A stretch of 64,000 bases of DNA from Bacteriovorax stolpii (GTDB lineage Bacteria > Bdellovibrionota > UBA1018), in the NCBI GenBank assembly GCA_945860415.1, contig CAMAQA010000002.1:10193-74192 (forward strand). The letters are read 5' to 3'. The translations under genes and the position numbers were made by a program. The notes below the pieces were generated by a model. The model was not told the DNA's origin, did no database searches, and worked only from the letters and a program-made list of their open reading frames with translations. Shown piece by piece: positions 18,663 to 27,699 of the stretch (its first letter is position 1; every line of letters begins with the position of its first letter).

Positions 18663-21206
18663 GTGACGGACTTCCCTACTGACATGCAGCTGCCCGCTCC
18701 TGCTGGTGACGCCGCCAGGAACTCGGGTCTGGTCCTTCCTGACCAGATCCTGCCTCCGCACGTTTTCGTCCTGCCCATGAACCAGGCCGTCGTCTACCCG
18801 ACGATGATGGCCCCGCTCCAGCTCACGATTCCGCGCTACATCGAGATGGTCGAGCACGCCCTGGCCAAGCACCCGTCGCGCACGCTCGGGCTTTTGCTTA
18901 CCCGAGACTCGGAAGTCTCTTCGGATACCAAGCTCTCGGATCTGCATCAGGTGGGCGTGATCGTGAAGGTCTTGAAGCGCCTGCGCATGCCCGACGGCTC
19001 GATCAGCCTGCTGGTCCACAGCCTCAAGCGCTTCAGGGTGAAGGCGCCTCTTTCGGAAGACCCGTACATCGTCGTCGAGCCCGAGTACCTCGAGGACGTC
19101 ATCGAAAAGTCCAACGAGTTCGATGCGCTCTCGCGTTCGACCGTGGCGCTCGTCAAGCAGCTCTCCGAGGTGAATCCGTTCTTCACCGACGAAATGCGCA
19201 TGGCGATGCTCAACGCCCCGAACCAGGGCACGGTGACCGATATCATCGCTTTCGCGCTGGCCTTGCCGAAAGACGAGGCCCAGGGCTTCCTCGAGACGCT
19301 GTCGGTGAAGGGACGCTTCGAAAAGCTCATGGTCACGCTTCGTGAGGAGAAGAACGTGGCCGAGATCCAGAAGAAGATCTCGGACGACGTGGATACGAAG
19401 GTGACCGCGATCCAGCGCGAATTTTTCCTGAAGGAGCAGCTCAAGGTCATCAAGCGAGAACTCGGCATGGAGGAGGAGGGACGCGAGAAGTCGTCTCGCT
19501 CCTTCCGCGAGCGGATCGAAGCGGCGGGAATGCTGGAGGAGACCAAGAAGATTGCGCTCGAAGAACTCACGAAGTTCGAGACGCTTTCCGAGAATTCTCC
19601 CGAGTACAACGTCTCGCGAACCTACCTCGAGACGCTTTGCTCGCTGCCGTGGAGCATCGAAACGAAGGATAACCTGGATCTCGATCACGCACAGGAGGTG
19701 CTTGATGACGAGCACCTCGGCCTCGAGAAGGTCAAGGAGCGCATCCTTGAGTTCATCGCCGTGCGCTCGCTCAAGGCCGATCCGAAGGGCTCGATCCTGT
19801 GCCTTGTCGGACCACCGGGCGTGGGCAAGACGTCGATCGGCAAGAGTGTCGCCGAGGCCTTGGGCCGCAAGTTCTACCGCTTTTCTCTCGGAGGAATGCG
19901 CGACGAGGCCGAGATCAAGGGGCATCGCCGCACCTATGTCGGCGCGCTTCCGGGCAAGATCATCCAGGCCATGCGCCGTGCAGGCTCGAAGAACGCGGTG
20001 ATTCTGCTCGACGAGATCGACAAGCTCGGGGCCTCGTTCCAGGGAGATCCGTCGAGCGCGCTGCTCGAAGTGCTGGATCCGGAACAGAACGCCACGTTCA
20101 TGGATCATTACCTCGACCTGCCGTTCGACCTCTCGAAGGTGCTCTTTATTGCGACCGCCAACCAGGCGTCGACGATTCCGGGGCCGCTGCTCGACCGCAT
20201 GGAGCTCATCGAGCTTCCGGGCTACACGCTGGAAGAAAAAGAGGACATCGCGGTTCGGCATGTCATTCCGAAGGAGCTCAAGGCCAATGGCGTGAAGCCT
20301 TCGCAGGTGCGCATCGACCGTGCGGCTCTTCGCTCGCTGATGCAGGACTATTCGCGCGAGCCAGGCCTTCGCACCCTGCAGCAGCTCGTGGGCCGAATTG
20401 CGCGCAAGGCCGCGACGAGGATCGTTCGCGCGGAAAAGCTCGGGGCTCGCGGCAAGGCCTCGCTGCCGATCCGAGTCGGAGCCGGAGACCTGCTCGAGTG
20501 GCTGGGGCCGAAGCGCTTTTACAACGAAATGGCCGAGCGCGTGACGGCACCCGGCGTGGTCACTGGCCTTGCGTGGACCGCAATGGGCGGCGACATCCTG
20601 TTCATTGAGGCGGCAGACCTTCCGGGTTCCGGCCAGCTGAAGCTCACCGGCAAGATGGGCGACGTGATGACTGAGAGCGCCTCGATTGCCTGGACCTACG
20701 TGAAGAAGAAGCTCGCTGCCGAACTGAAAGTGGGACAGGAGCACTTCAAAGATCGCGACCTGCACCTGCACATTCCCGCAGGCGCGATTTCGAAGGATGG
20801 CCCGTCGGCGGGCATCACGATGGCGTCGGCGTTGTACGGGCTCTTCAAGGGAATCCAGGCGCGCCAAAAGGTGGCGATGACGGGCGAGCTCTCGCTGACC
20901 GGCAAGGTGCTTCCGGTCGGCGGCATCAAGGAAAAGCTCCTGGCCGCGAAGCGCGCCGGCATCACGACCGTGATCCTGCCGAAGTTGAACGAGAAGGACC
21001 TGTATGACGTTCCCGAGCACACGAAGCAGGGCTTGAACCTGTTCTTCGTCAGTCACGTCGAAGAAGTCTTTCCGCTGGTGCTTGAGTTTCCGCAGAACAA
21101 GCCCGTGAAGGTGGGAGCACGAACAGTGTCGTCCAAGGGGCGGAAGCTGAAGGCGAAGGCAAGACAGGGGCGCTCGAAGGGGGGCAGCCGATCCTGGCTG
21201 TCGTGA
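18663..21206 (+). CDS. lon: ATP-dependent Lon protease
   Basis: LON N-domain, Walker A GPPGVGKTS, Walker B LLDEIDK, and the proteolytic motif DGPSAG. Confidence 0.95.
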   Translation: MTDFPTDMQLPAPAGDAARNSGLVLPDQILPPHVFVLPMNQAVVYPTMMAPLQLTIPRYIEMVEHALAKHPSRTLGLLLTRDSEVSSDTKLSDLHQVGVIVKVLKRLRMPDGSISLLVHSLKRFRVKAPLSEDPYIVVEPEYLEDVIEKSNEFDALSRSTVALVKQLSEVNPFFTDEMRMAMLNAPNQGTVTDIIAFALALPKDEAQGFLETLSVKGRFEKLMVTLREEKNVAEIQKKISDDVDTKVTAIQREFFLKEQLKVIKRELGMEEEGREKSSRSFRERIEAAGMLEETKKIALEELTKFETLSENSPEYNVSRTYLETLCSLPWSIETKDNLDLDHAQEVLDDEHLGLEKVKERILEFIAVRSLKADPKGSILCLVGPPGVGKTSIGKSVAEALGRKFYRFSLGGMRDEAEIKGHRRTYVGALPGKIIQAMRRAGSKNAVILLDEIDKLGASFQGDPSSALLEVLDPEQNATFMDHYLDLPFDLSKVLFIATANQASTIPGPLLDRMELIELPGYTLEEKEDIAVRHVIPKELKANGVKPSQVRIDRAALRSLMQDYSREPGLRTLQQLVGRIARKAATRIVRAEKLGARGKASLPIRVGAGDLLEWLGPKRFYNEMAERVTAPGVVTGLAWTAMGGDILFIEAADLPGSGQLKLTGKMGDVMTESASIAWTYVKKKLAAELKVGQEHFKDRDLHLHIPAGAISKDGPSAGITMASALYGLFKGIQARQKVAMTGELSLTGKVLPVGGIKEKLLAAKRAGITTVILPKLNEKDLYDVPEHTKQGLNLFFVSHVEEVFPLVLEFPQNKPVKVGARTVSSKGRKLKAKARQGRSKGGSRSWLS

Positions 21207-21214
21207 GCCGACCC

Positions 21215-21478
21215 TCAGATCACTTCGAAGCTGTCGGCTTTCAGGACGATCTGTGAGTTTTCATCCTCCTTCCGACCGGTGACGCTTGCATCTGCGCCGG
21301 ACTCGAACGCCTGTTCGATGGTTGATTCGAGGCTGGTGAAAAGTTTCTGTGGAATAAGCACGGAACTCGTTGATCGACCGGACTGAAGTTGAAGGAATCC
21401 GATTTTTTTACCCTTCACTGTGGTGACCACCTTAAACTCAATGACCTTGCCTGAAGACTGAGCGCTCTGTTTTTTCAT
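21215..21478 (-). CDS. small soluble protein (87 aa), translationally coupled to the CDF gene
   Basis: The ATG at 21478 overlaps the CDF stop (ATGA). The sequence MKKQSAQSSGKVIEFKVVTT… is the C-terminal part of the 313-aa track ORF. No known motif. Confidence 0.45.
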   Translation of the reverse strand: MKKQSAQSSGKVIEFKVVTTVKGKKIGFLQLQSGRSTSSVLIPQKLFTSLESTIEQAFESGADASVTGRKEDENSQIVLKADSFEVI

Positions 21479-22125
21479 TGTCCCTCGATTGTAGAAGACT
21501 CGCCTGGTCTCAGGATTTCTACTGACTCTCGGATGATCCCGAACGAGGCCTTGAGTACGAAAGTGGCCACGAGAATCGCAACCAGCACATCGGGCCACCG
21601 GGTTCCTAGGAGGGCCACGAGAGCCGAGGCAGTCAGGAGCCCGGCGTTGGAGATGAGGTCGGCCTTCGAGCAGGTCCACGTCGACTTCATGTTGATGTCG
21701 TCCGACCTGCTCTCTGAGAGAAGCCACATGCAAGTCAGATTGCCGAAGAGAGCCAGCACGCTGAAGGCGCCCATCCATCCCGAGTGAGGCAGAACCGTAG
21801 GACGTAGCAGTCCTCCGAAGCCCGAATCGAAGAGCGCCGACAGGGCCAGCAGAGCGGTCACGCCTCCCTTGGCGAGCGCTGCCCTGGCCTTCCAGTTCAT
21901 GTCCTTGTTGATCGCAATGAGGCCGAGTCCAGTCAGCAGCACATGGCTGAGCAGGTGGATCGCATCTGCGGCCAGTAGATGCGAGTGGGCTTGGGCTGCT
22001 CCCCAGAACTCGGCGATACAAACCACGGCGTTGATCGCCAGCACAGCCATCAGGGTTTTCTGATGGTGCCGTTGGGCCGATGGTTCTCCGTGCAGGAGGT
22101 TCTGGCAGGAATGACAGTCCTTCAT
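21475..22125 (-). CDS. cation diffusion facilitator (CDF) membrane domain without the usual cytoplasmic C-terminal domain
   Basis: Six-TM pattern with CDF-like TM2 (LLAADAIHLLSH) and TM5 (NMKSTWTCSKADLISNAG). ATG 22125 is preferred (MKDCHSCQ…). A GTG at 22152 would lie inside the palindrome. Confidence 0.65.
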   Translation of the reverse strand: MKDCHSCQNLLHGEPSAQRHHQKTLMAVLAINAVVCIAEFWGAAQAHSHLLAADAIHLLSHVLLTGLGLIAINKDMNWKARAALAKGGVTALLALSALFDSGFGGLLRPTVLPHSGWMGAFSVLALFGNLTCMWLLSESRSDDINMKSTWTCSKADLISNAGLLTASALVALLGTRWPDVLVAILVATFVLKASFGIIRESVEILRPGESSTIEGQ

Positions 22126-22146
22126 CTCGTCGAGAACCGTGACATA

Positions 22147-22187
22147 AGCCACCCATTAATGCAATAGCGTTGCATTAATGGGTGGCT
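22147..22187. promoter_or_regulatory. 41-bp perfect palindrome containing candidate Zur-type box A
   Basis: AGCCACCCATTAATGCAA-tagcg-TTGCATTAATGGGTGGCT: 18-nt perfect arms. It is centred in the 82-bp gap between the divergent CDF and COG0523 genes. Confidence 0.6.
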
Positions 22188-22207
22188 TGCGTTAGTCGCG
22201 GTGGTCC

Positions 22208-23419
22208 ATGAAAGATCAGTCTGCGTCAGGGCGCCCATTGCCGGTCACGGTGCTGTCGGGATTTCTCGGTGCTGGAAAAACCACCCTTCTCAATCAGGTG
22301 CTGACGAATCGAGCCGGCATGCGCGTGGCCGTCATCGTCAACGACATGAGCGAGGTCAATATCGACGCCGCCCAGATCAAGGGTGGCTCGGCCATGCTGT
22401 CGCGTCAGGAAGAGCGGCTGGTGGAAATGCAGAACGGCTGCATCTGCTGCACGCTTCGAGAAGACCTTCTGATCGAGGTTGCGAAACTCGCAGAAGAGGG
22501 ACGCTTTGACTACCTCCTGATCGAGTCAACCGGCATCTCGGAGCCTCTTCCTGTGGCCGAAACCTTTCAGTTCGCTGACCCCGCCGGCAGGGTGCTCAAT
22601 GATCTGGCCCGGCTTGACACCATGGTGACCGTCGTGGATGGGCCAAGGTTCCTCAAGGACTACAACGAGGGGGCTTTGCTCCGAGAGCGGAAACTTGCCG
22701 TGGACGAAAAGGATTCGAGAACCATTACCGACCTGTTGGTGGAGCAGGTGGAGTTCGCCAACGTGATCGTGATCAACAAGACGGATCTCATGGGCGGCAT
22801 GCGCATTCGAGAGCTCGAGGGAATTTTGAAGGCTCTCAATCCCGAAGCGACCATCCTCCGAACCAGCTTCGGGCGGATACCGTTGCCCTCCATTCTGGGT
22901 ACCGGACTTTTTGATTTTTCGCGAGCCTCGCTTGCGCCGGGTTGGATGAGGCGCATGCGGGGTGAGCCGTTGAGTGAGGCCGAGGAATACGGAATTTCGA
23001 GCTTTGTTTTTCGTGACCGCCGGCCTTTTCATCCGCAGCGTTGGGCGGATCTCTGTAGTCGGATCTGGCCGGGTGTTCTGCGCTCGAAGGGTTTCATCTA
23101 TTTGGCCTCGCGGCTGGAGCACATCGCCCTGTGGTCGCAGGCGGGCACGGTCTGGTCACTGGGGCCTGCGGGCGCCTGGAGGGCCGCCATTCCGGAAGAG
23201 GCCTGGCCGGATGACGAGTCCACGCGGGCTGCGATCAAGCGCGACTGGCACCCGATTTTCGGAGACCGCCGACAGGAACTCGTCGTGATCGGGGGGCGCG
23301 AGATGAGGCCGGAGCGGATCAGGAGCGATCTTGAACGGGCACTGCTGACGGAAGACGAGGTTGCGCTCGGCCGGTCGCGATGGAAGGGGTTTTCGGATCC
23401 TTTTCCTAAATGGATCTGA
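22208..23419 (+). CDS. COG0523-family GTPase (CobW/ZigA/YeiR-like metallochaperone), copy 1
   Basis: Walker [13 protein letters not shown], metal motif [16 protein letters not shown], and a CobW_C-like tail (RPFHPQR…RSKGF). Confidence 0.9.
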   Translation: MKDQSASGRPLPVTVLSGFLGAGKTTLLNQVLTNRAGMRVAVIVNDMSEVNIDAAQIKGGSAMLSRQEERLVEMQNGCICCTLREDLLIEVAKLAEEGRFDYLLIESTGISEPLPVAETFQFADPAGRVLNDLARLDTMVTVVDGPRFLKDYNEGALLRERKLAVDEKDSRTITDLLVEQVEFANVIVINKTDLMGGMRIRELEGILKALNPEATILRTSFGRIPLPSILGTGLFDFSRASLAPGWMRRMRGEPLSEAEEYGISSFVFRDRRPFHPQRWADLCSRIWPGVLRSKGFIYLASRLEHIALWSQAGTVWSLGPAGAWRAAIPEEAWPDDESTRAAIKRDWHPIFGDRRQELVVIGGREMRPERIRSDLERALLTEDEVALGRSRWKGFSDPFPKWI

Positions 23420-23437
23420 TTCGTTTTTAGTTGTCAT

Positions 23438-23458
23438 TATTGCATTTCAGTTGCAATA
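23438..23458. promoter_or_regulatory. candidate Zur-type box B
   Basis: tatTGCATttcagTTGCAata, 39 nt upstream of the S18 ATG. Confidence 0.5.
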
Positions 23459-23493
23459 AATGGCACCTGTTCGGACGTGATCAAAAGGAGTCA

Positions 23494-23811
23494 ATGATGG
23501 GTAGATTGAATGTGGGTTCTACAGGGGGTCGTGTGGAGCGTGGCGACTGGGAGGACAAGAGTGAGGAACGGCGTAGCGCGCCCCGCATGCGACGCTTTCG
23601 CGCGCCTCCGGATCTGATTTTCGATTACAAGGATGTCGAATCTCTCAAGCCTTTCCTGTCGGAGAGCGGAAAGATTGTTCCGGCGCGGATCAGCCGCCTG
23701 AGCGCCTCCCAACAGCGCAAGCTGACCCAGGAAGTCAAGCGGGCCCGCCAGCTGGCGTTGCTGCCCATCAGTGATCGTCACTCGGGTGGGTCCGGCGGAA
23801 GTCGCTTCTGA
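23494..23811 (+). CDS. rpsR: ribosomal protein S18, cysteine-free variant with atypical N- and C-terminal extensions
   Basis: Core [50 protein letters not shown] matches S18. RBS AAGGAG at 23485-23490. ATG at 23494 or 23497. Confidence 0.8.
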   Translation: MMGRLNVGSTGGRVERGDWEDKSEERRSAPRMRRFRAPPDLIFDYKDVESLKPFLSESGKIVPARISRLSASQQRKLTQEVKRARQLALLPISDRHSGGSGGSRF

Positions 23812-24862
23812 GATCAGCCGGGAGCTCCCAGAGTGCGAGCTCTCCGGTGTCGAATCCCACGGCGATCGAGTTTCCAGAGGGATGCCAGGCCATGCATGTG
23901 GCCTGGCTCTCTGCTGCCGAAGTGCCGATGACCATGGGTCGAAGCGCGATGGAGTCCAGGCTCCAGAGCATCCAGCAGCCGTCCGTGCCGATAGTGGCAA
24001 ACTGTCGTGGTGATGCTGGTCTGAACCCGATGTCGACAATGGTCCCGATATGGCCGCCAATCACACGCGGCTGCTGGCCGGCGGGGGTCGCTCGGGTGAA
24101 GTCCCATGACGTGATGGCTTCGCCTCCAGCGGCCAGAAGCTGCGAGCCATCCGGGCTCCACCGCAGCGCTCTGACCTGCCCAGGAAATCCCGACATTCGG
24201 AAGTCATTTCCGGACGAGGTTCGCCAGACGTGCAGCGTCTGGTCTCGGCACCCCGAGGCAATCCACCGTCCGTCTGGACTTACCGACAGTTGAAGCGGAC
24301 TGCCATTCCAGTTGAAGGTTCTCGCGGGCCGCGACGAACCTTGTTTCCAGATCTGAAGTTCAAGGTGAGAAACCGAGATAAAGCTGTCCTGTATGTCACG
24401 CCACTGCAGATCGCAGATGGCGGCGCGCGCGCCCTCGAAGCGACTGACTTCGGTGCCTTCGAGTGAACACCAGGTGATGATCCTGCCGGCTGCGGAAAGA
24501 AACCCACTGCCATCATGCGCCGGGCGGAGCAGCTCCGCGGCGGCCAGGCCCGAAAGCGATGAGCACCACTGAAGGCGGATTTCTCCATCTTCGATGCGCC
24601 AGCAGCGGAGTTCTCCCTTTTTGCTTCCGCGTCCGGATGAAATCACCAGCCCATCACATCCCAGCCATCGGACATCGGTCAGTTCAGTCGCATGCGCAAT
24701 CGTACGCGTGAGCGTCGCGCCGCCATTGAGGTGGACGATTCCGATTCCTCCGGCTGTTTCTCCGATCAGTAGATGGGTGCCGTCCTCACTCCAGTGCAGA
24801 TGGCGAATATAGTCTCCATACTCGATGGAACGGAGTGGATCGATCAAGCGGAGGTCAGACAT
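23768..24862 (-). CDS. WD40-repeat beta-propeller protein, cytoplasmic
   Basis: Repeats such as [20 protein letters not shown] and [13 protein letters not shown]. No signal peptide. The start overlaps the upstream COG0523 stop by 19 nt. Confidence 0.8.
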   Translation of the reverse strand: MSDLRLIDPLRSIEYGDYIRHLHWSEDGTHLLIGETAGGIGIVHLNGGATLTRTIAHATELTDVRWLGCDGLVISSGRGSKKGELRCWRIEDGEIRLQWCSSLSGLAAAELLRPAHDGSGFLSAAGRIITWCSLEGTEVSRFEGARAAICDLQWRDIQDSFISVSHLELQIWKQGSSRPARTFNWNGSPLQLSVSPDGRWIASGCRDQTLHVWRTSSGNDFRMSGFPGQVRALRWSPDGSQLLAAGGEAITSWDFTRATPAGQQPRVIGGHIGTIVDIGFRPASPRQFATIGTDGCWMLWSLDSIALRPMVIGTSAAESQATCMAWHPSGNSIAVGFDTGELALWELPADLRSDFRRTHPSDDH

Positions 24863-26217
24863 GCACGAAAGCCCTCGTTCAATTCGGCTCGATCCAGGTT
24901 TCTTCCGATGAATACCAGTTGATTGGTCCTCTCTTCGTGATCAAGCCAATCGACCTCCGGGAGACTCTCCACGATCATGTGTACTCCATGAAACACGACT
25001 TTAGAGCTGGATCCGCCCTCGGTGGGTTCTACGTTTAGAACCCCCTTCATTCGGAAGAGATCGGCTCCCCGACTTCTAACCAGATTCGAGATCCAGAAGT
25101 TGAAGATGGGTCTCGAGACGATTCCGGATACCGCGATTCCAACGGACGATACGGTGCTGTCGTGCTCATGGCCCGGGTTGAACTCATGAGAGTCCTCGGG
25201 CTCAAGAGTCGTCCCGGAAGATGTATGAAGCTGCATTTGAAACTCGGACGGATGATGTTGCAGGAAGAGCGTGTATCTGCCGTCTGCAGGAATCTCGAGG
25301 AGGAACTCCTTGGGGCCATTCTTGGAGAGCTCGAGGCTGAAGTGGCAGGGTGACGGAATCAGGGTGGACCCAGGCGCCATGGCGATGGGCTCGTCGGAGA
25401 ATAAGATCATGGCCCGCTCGCGCAGTTTGAGTACCTCGCTGTTCGTCAGCTCGGTCTGGGCGAGAATCGCGATCGATAGCGCCGGGTCTGGCCCCTCTTC
25501 AAGACGAAGAGCATGCACGCCAGCGGGCAGCGCGTAAGATCCGGACCACTCAAACGGATACTCCGGATCGAGGAATGCGGGACGAGTTCGAAGCGCTCGT
25601 TGAAGGTCGAATCCGCCCACGTCGATGACGTTTTGGATCGGGATATTGCATTGAGTGGTTCGCAGGATCCGGGCTGCGCCATTGATCGCCCGTATCCGGC
25701 CTTCGAGCGCAGGAAGGTCGGACTCCGCTACCAGATCCACTTTGTTCAGCAGGATGAGGTCGGCGAAGGCGATCTGTTCCTGGCACTCGTCTGAATCCTC
25801 GATATGCAGTGACAGATGTCTCGAGTCCACGACGGTGACCACGCCGTCGACCTGGTAGGTGGCTTTCATCTCATCGTCGGCCAGGAAGGTCTGAACGACC
25901 GGAGCTGGATCGGCAAGCCCGGTGGTCTCGATGATGATTCGGTCGAATTTGTCCCGCCTCTGAAGGAGGCGTCCCAGGATGCGAATCAGGTCGCCGCGAA
26001 CGGTGCAGCAGATGCATCCGTTGTTCATTTCATGGATCTCTTCCTCGGATGACAGGATTAGTCCGCTGTCGATGCCGATCTCTCCGAACTCGTTTTCGAT
26101 GATGGCGATTCTTTGACCGTGATGCTCGGCGAGGATTCTGTTGAGCAGGGTGGTCTTTCCGGACCCCAGAAACCCGGTCAAGATGGTCAATGGAATTCGA
26201 CTCGTATTTTCACTCAT
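24844..26217 (-). CDS. COG0523-family GTPase, copy 2, with a large insertion between the G-domain and CobW_C
   Basis: GFLGSGKTTLLN, GCICCTVRGDL and NKVDL motifs. About 130 extra residues (…EWSGSYALPAGVHALRLEEGPD… HEFNPGHEHDS) precede the CobW_C-like end. Confidence 0.85.
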   Translation of the reverse strand: MSENTSRIPLTILTGFLGSGKTTLLNRILAEHHGQRIAIIENEFGEIGIDSGLILSSEEEIHEMNNGCICCTVRGDLIRILGRLLQRRDKFDRIIIETTGLADPAPVVQTFLADDEMKATYQVDGVVTVVDSRHLSLHIEDSDECQEQIAFADLILLNKVDLVAESDLPALEGRIRAINGAARILRTTQCNIPIQNVIDVGGFDLQRALRTRPAFLDPEYPFEWSGSYALPAGVHALRLEEGPDPALSIAILAQTELTNSEVLKLRERAMILFSDEPIAMAPGSTLIPSPCHFSLELSKNGPKEFLLEIPADGRYTLFLQHHPSEFQMQLHTSSGTTLEPEDSHEFNPGHEHDSTVSSVGIAVSGIVSRPIFNFWISNLVRSRGADLFRMKGVLNVEPTEGGSSSKVVFHGVHMIVESLPEVDWLDHEERTNQLVFIGRNLDRAELNEGFRACLTSA

Positions 26218-26235
26218 GGTTTGGCTCTCCGTGGA

Positions 26236-27528
26236 TCAGGTGGAATTAAAACGGTGAAATGGCATCGGTAGACGGGGTTGCAGGATACTTCGGGTATCAG
26301 GCTCCGAAAGCGAGAGCAGTCTGGGTTTCGGGCCAAGGACCAGCGCGCGCCGGACTCGGGAAGGAATGGCCTCCGGATCGTGGGTGCACCACACGACGGA
26401 GAGGGCGCGAGACGCCTGGGTGGCCTCGAGTCGACGCACAAGCAGTCCGGCCGTCTCGGCATCGAGGCCTGAAGTCAGTTCATCGCAGAGAAGAATCTCG
26501 GGGCCTGCCGCGATTGCAGAAATCAGCATGGCCTGCTTCTGCTGACCGAAACTGAGTCCTGACAGGGGCTGATGCATTTCAGCTTGGAGCTCAAACGATT
26601 CAAACAGGTTCTCCAGCTCGCCTTCGCTGATTCGAGATCCAATTCGGGCATCCTCCCAGGGAGTGGCGCCGAGAAGGAAGTGTTCGGGATTCTGAAAAGT
26701 CATCATGATCCCGCGAATGCAGCCGCGGAGAGATTCAGTGCCCAGTCGCTTCAGGGTTCCCGAGCTCGGAGGCCGAAGTCCGGCCATCACTCGAAGAAGT
26801 GTGGTTTTCCCAGATCCGCTTGGCCCGAGAAGGGCGAGCCATTCGCCCTGTTGGAGCTCAAGATGGATCTCCGAAAATACTTCCTTTCCGAGAATCTCCA
26901 CGGCGATCCGATCCAGCTCCATCACCAGATCGGGTCTCGATCTGAACTCCATCGGATTCGTCGGGCCGGTCGTACGAAGAGCGCGAGACTCTCTGGCCGT
27001 TTCCGCCCGTCGAAGGCCATAGTCCAGAGTGGAGGCAAGAAGAAGCGAAGTGCACGCATGGGGCGCAGAACTCGGCGCACGAAGCCGAATCGCCGAGAGC
27101 CGGGAGGGGAATGCCTCAACCATGATGGCGCTTCCGGTACAGATGTCCTGAATCAGTTCGTGAAGCCAGGGAGCACTCGACACCCTCCTGACCAGGCGCT
27201 CGGCTCCATCCCGGGTGATGATTCCGGAGATCGCACCCATGAACCCTAATCCGGCGAGCCAGCGATACAGTGTGCCTGGGGCGATCCCTCTGCCGCTGAG
27301 CCAGCTGCCGAGCCAGCTGATCATCGCAATGCCGAACGAAAGTGCTAGAAACAGGTAAGGGGTGCTCGAGTGGCGCTTCGCGGAGCTCGACCCATGACGA
27401 TACGTCCAGGAGGCAGCGAAGAGAAGAAGCGCGATCAGCGGCACGAAGGGGGTGATGTCGTCCGCCGAGAGCGCGGCCAACAGGAGAATACCCGAGGCCG
27501 CGGCAGTGAGAATCATGCCTCGGATCAT
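26236..27528 (-). CDS. fused ECF transporter T-component-like membrane domain plus A-component ATPase (CbiQ/CbiO-like)
   Basis: An N-terminal region of about 190 aa is hydrophobic. It is followed by Walker A GPSGSGKTT, signature LSFGQQKQ and Walker B ILLCDE. The ATG at 27528 overlaps the upstream ORF stop (ATGA). Confidence 0.7.
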   Translation of the reverse strand: MIRGMILTAAASGILLLAALSADDITPFVPLIALLLFAASWTYRHGSSSAKRHSSTPYLFLALSFGIAMISWLGSWLSGRGIAPGTLYRWLAGLGFMGAISGIITRDGAERLVRRVSSAPWLHELIQDICTGSAIMVEAFPSRLSAIRLRAPSSAPHACTSLLLASTLDYGLRRAETARESRALRTTGPTNPMEFRSRPDLVMELDRIAVEILGKEVFSEIHLELQQGEWLALLGPSGSGKTTLLRVMAGLRPPSSGTLKRLGTESLRGCIRGIMMTFQNPEHFLLGATPWEDARIGSRISEGELENLFESFELQAEMHQPLSGLSFGQQKQAMLISAIAAGPEILLCDELTSGLDAETAGLLVRRLEATQASRALSVVWCTHDPEAIPSRVRRALVLGPKPRLLSLSEPDTRSILQPRLPMPFHRFNST

Positions 27529-27695
27529 GGGACGCGTGCGCCCCGTGACATCAGGCGTGACCACCCCGCACCCATCAGAACGCCACAGAGCAACAGGAGC
27601 AGTCCGAAAACAAATGGCGACTCATCGCTCGGAGCGGCCGTTCCGCCCACGATCTCGGGTAGTATTCCGGCGAGTCGGGCGTGATGGTCGAACAC
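27525..27695 (-). CDS. small membrane protein, CbiN-like C-terminal half
   Basis: …APSDESPFVFGLLLLLCGVLMGAGW resembles the PSGE-plus-TM end of CbiN. A GTG at 27695 lies 4 nt after the cbiM stop. The stop overlaps the next ATG. Confidence 0.4.
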   Translation of the reverse strand: MFDHHARLAGILPEIVGGTAAPSDESPFVFGLLLLLCGVLMGAGWSRLMSRGARVP

Positions 27696-27699
27696 CGCC

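Noticed and set aside
18639-21056. 805-aa ORF on the minus strand
   Set aside because: It is entirely antisense to the unambiguous lon gene. The Arg/Leu/His-rich composition is typical of stop-free antisense frames in GC-rich DNA.
21215-22156. 313-aa ORF read as a single gene
   Set aside because: Its N-terminal two-thirds is an out-of-frame shadow of the CDF gene. Only the last 87 codons, from the ATG at 21478 that overlaps the CDF stop, look like a real gene.
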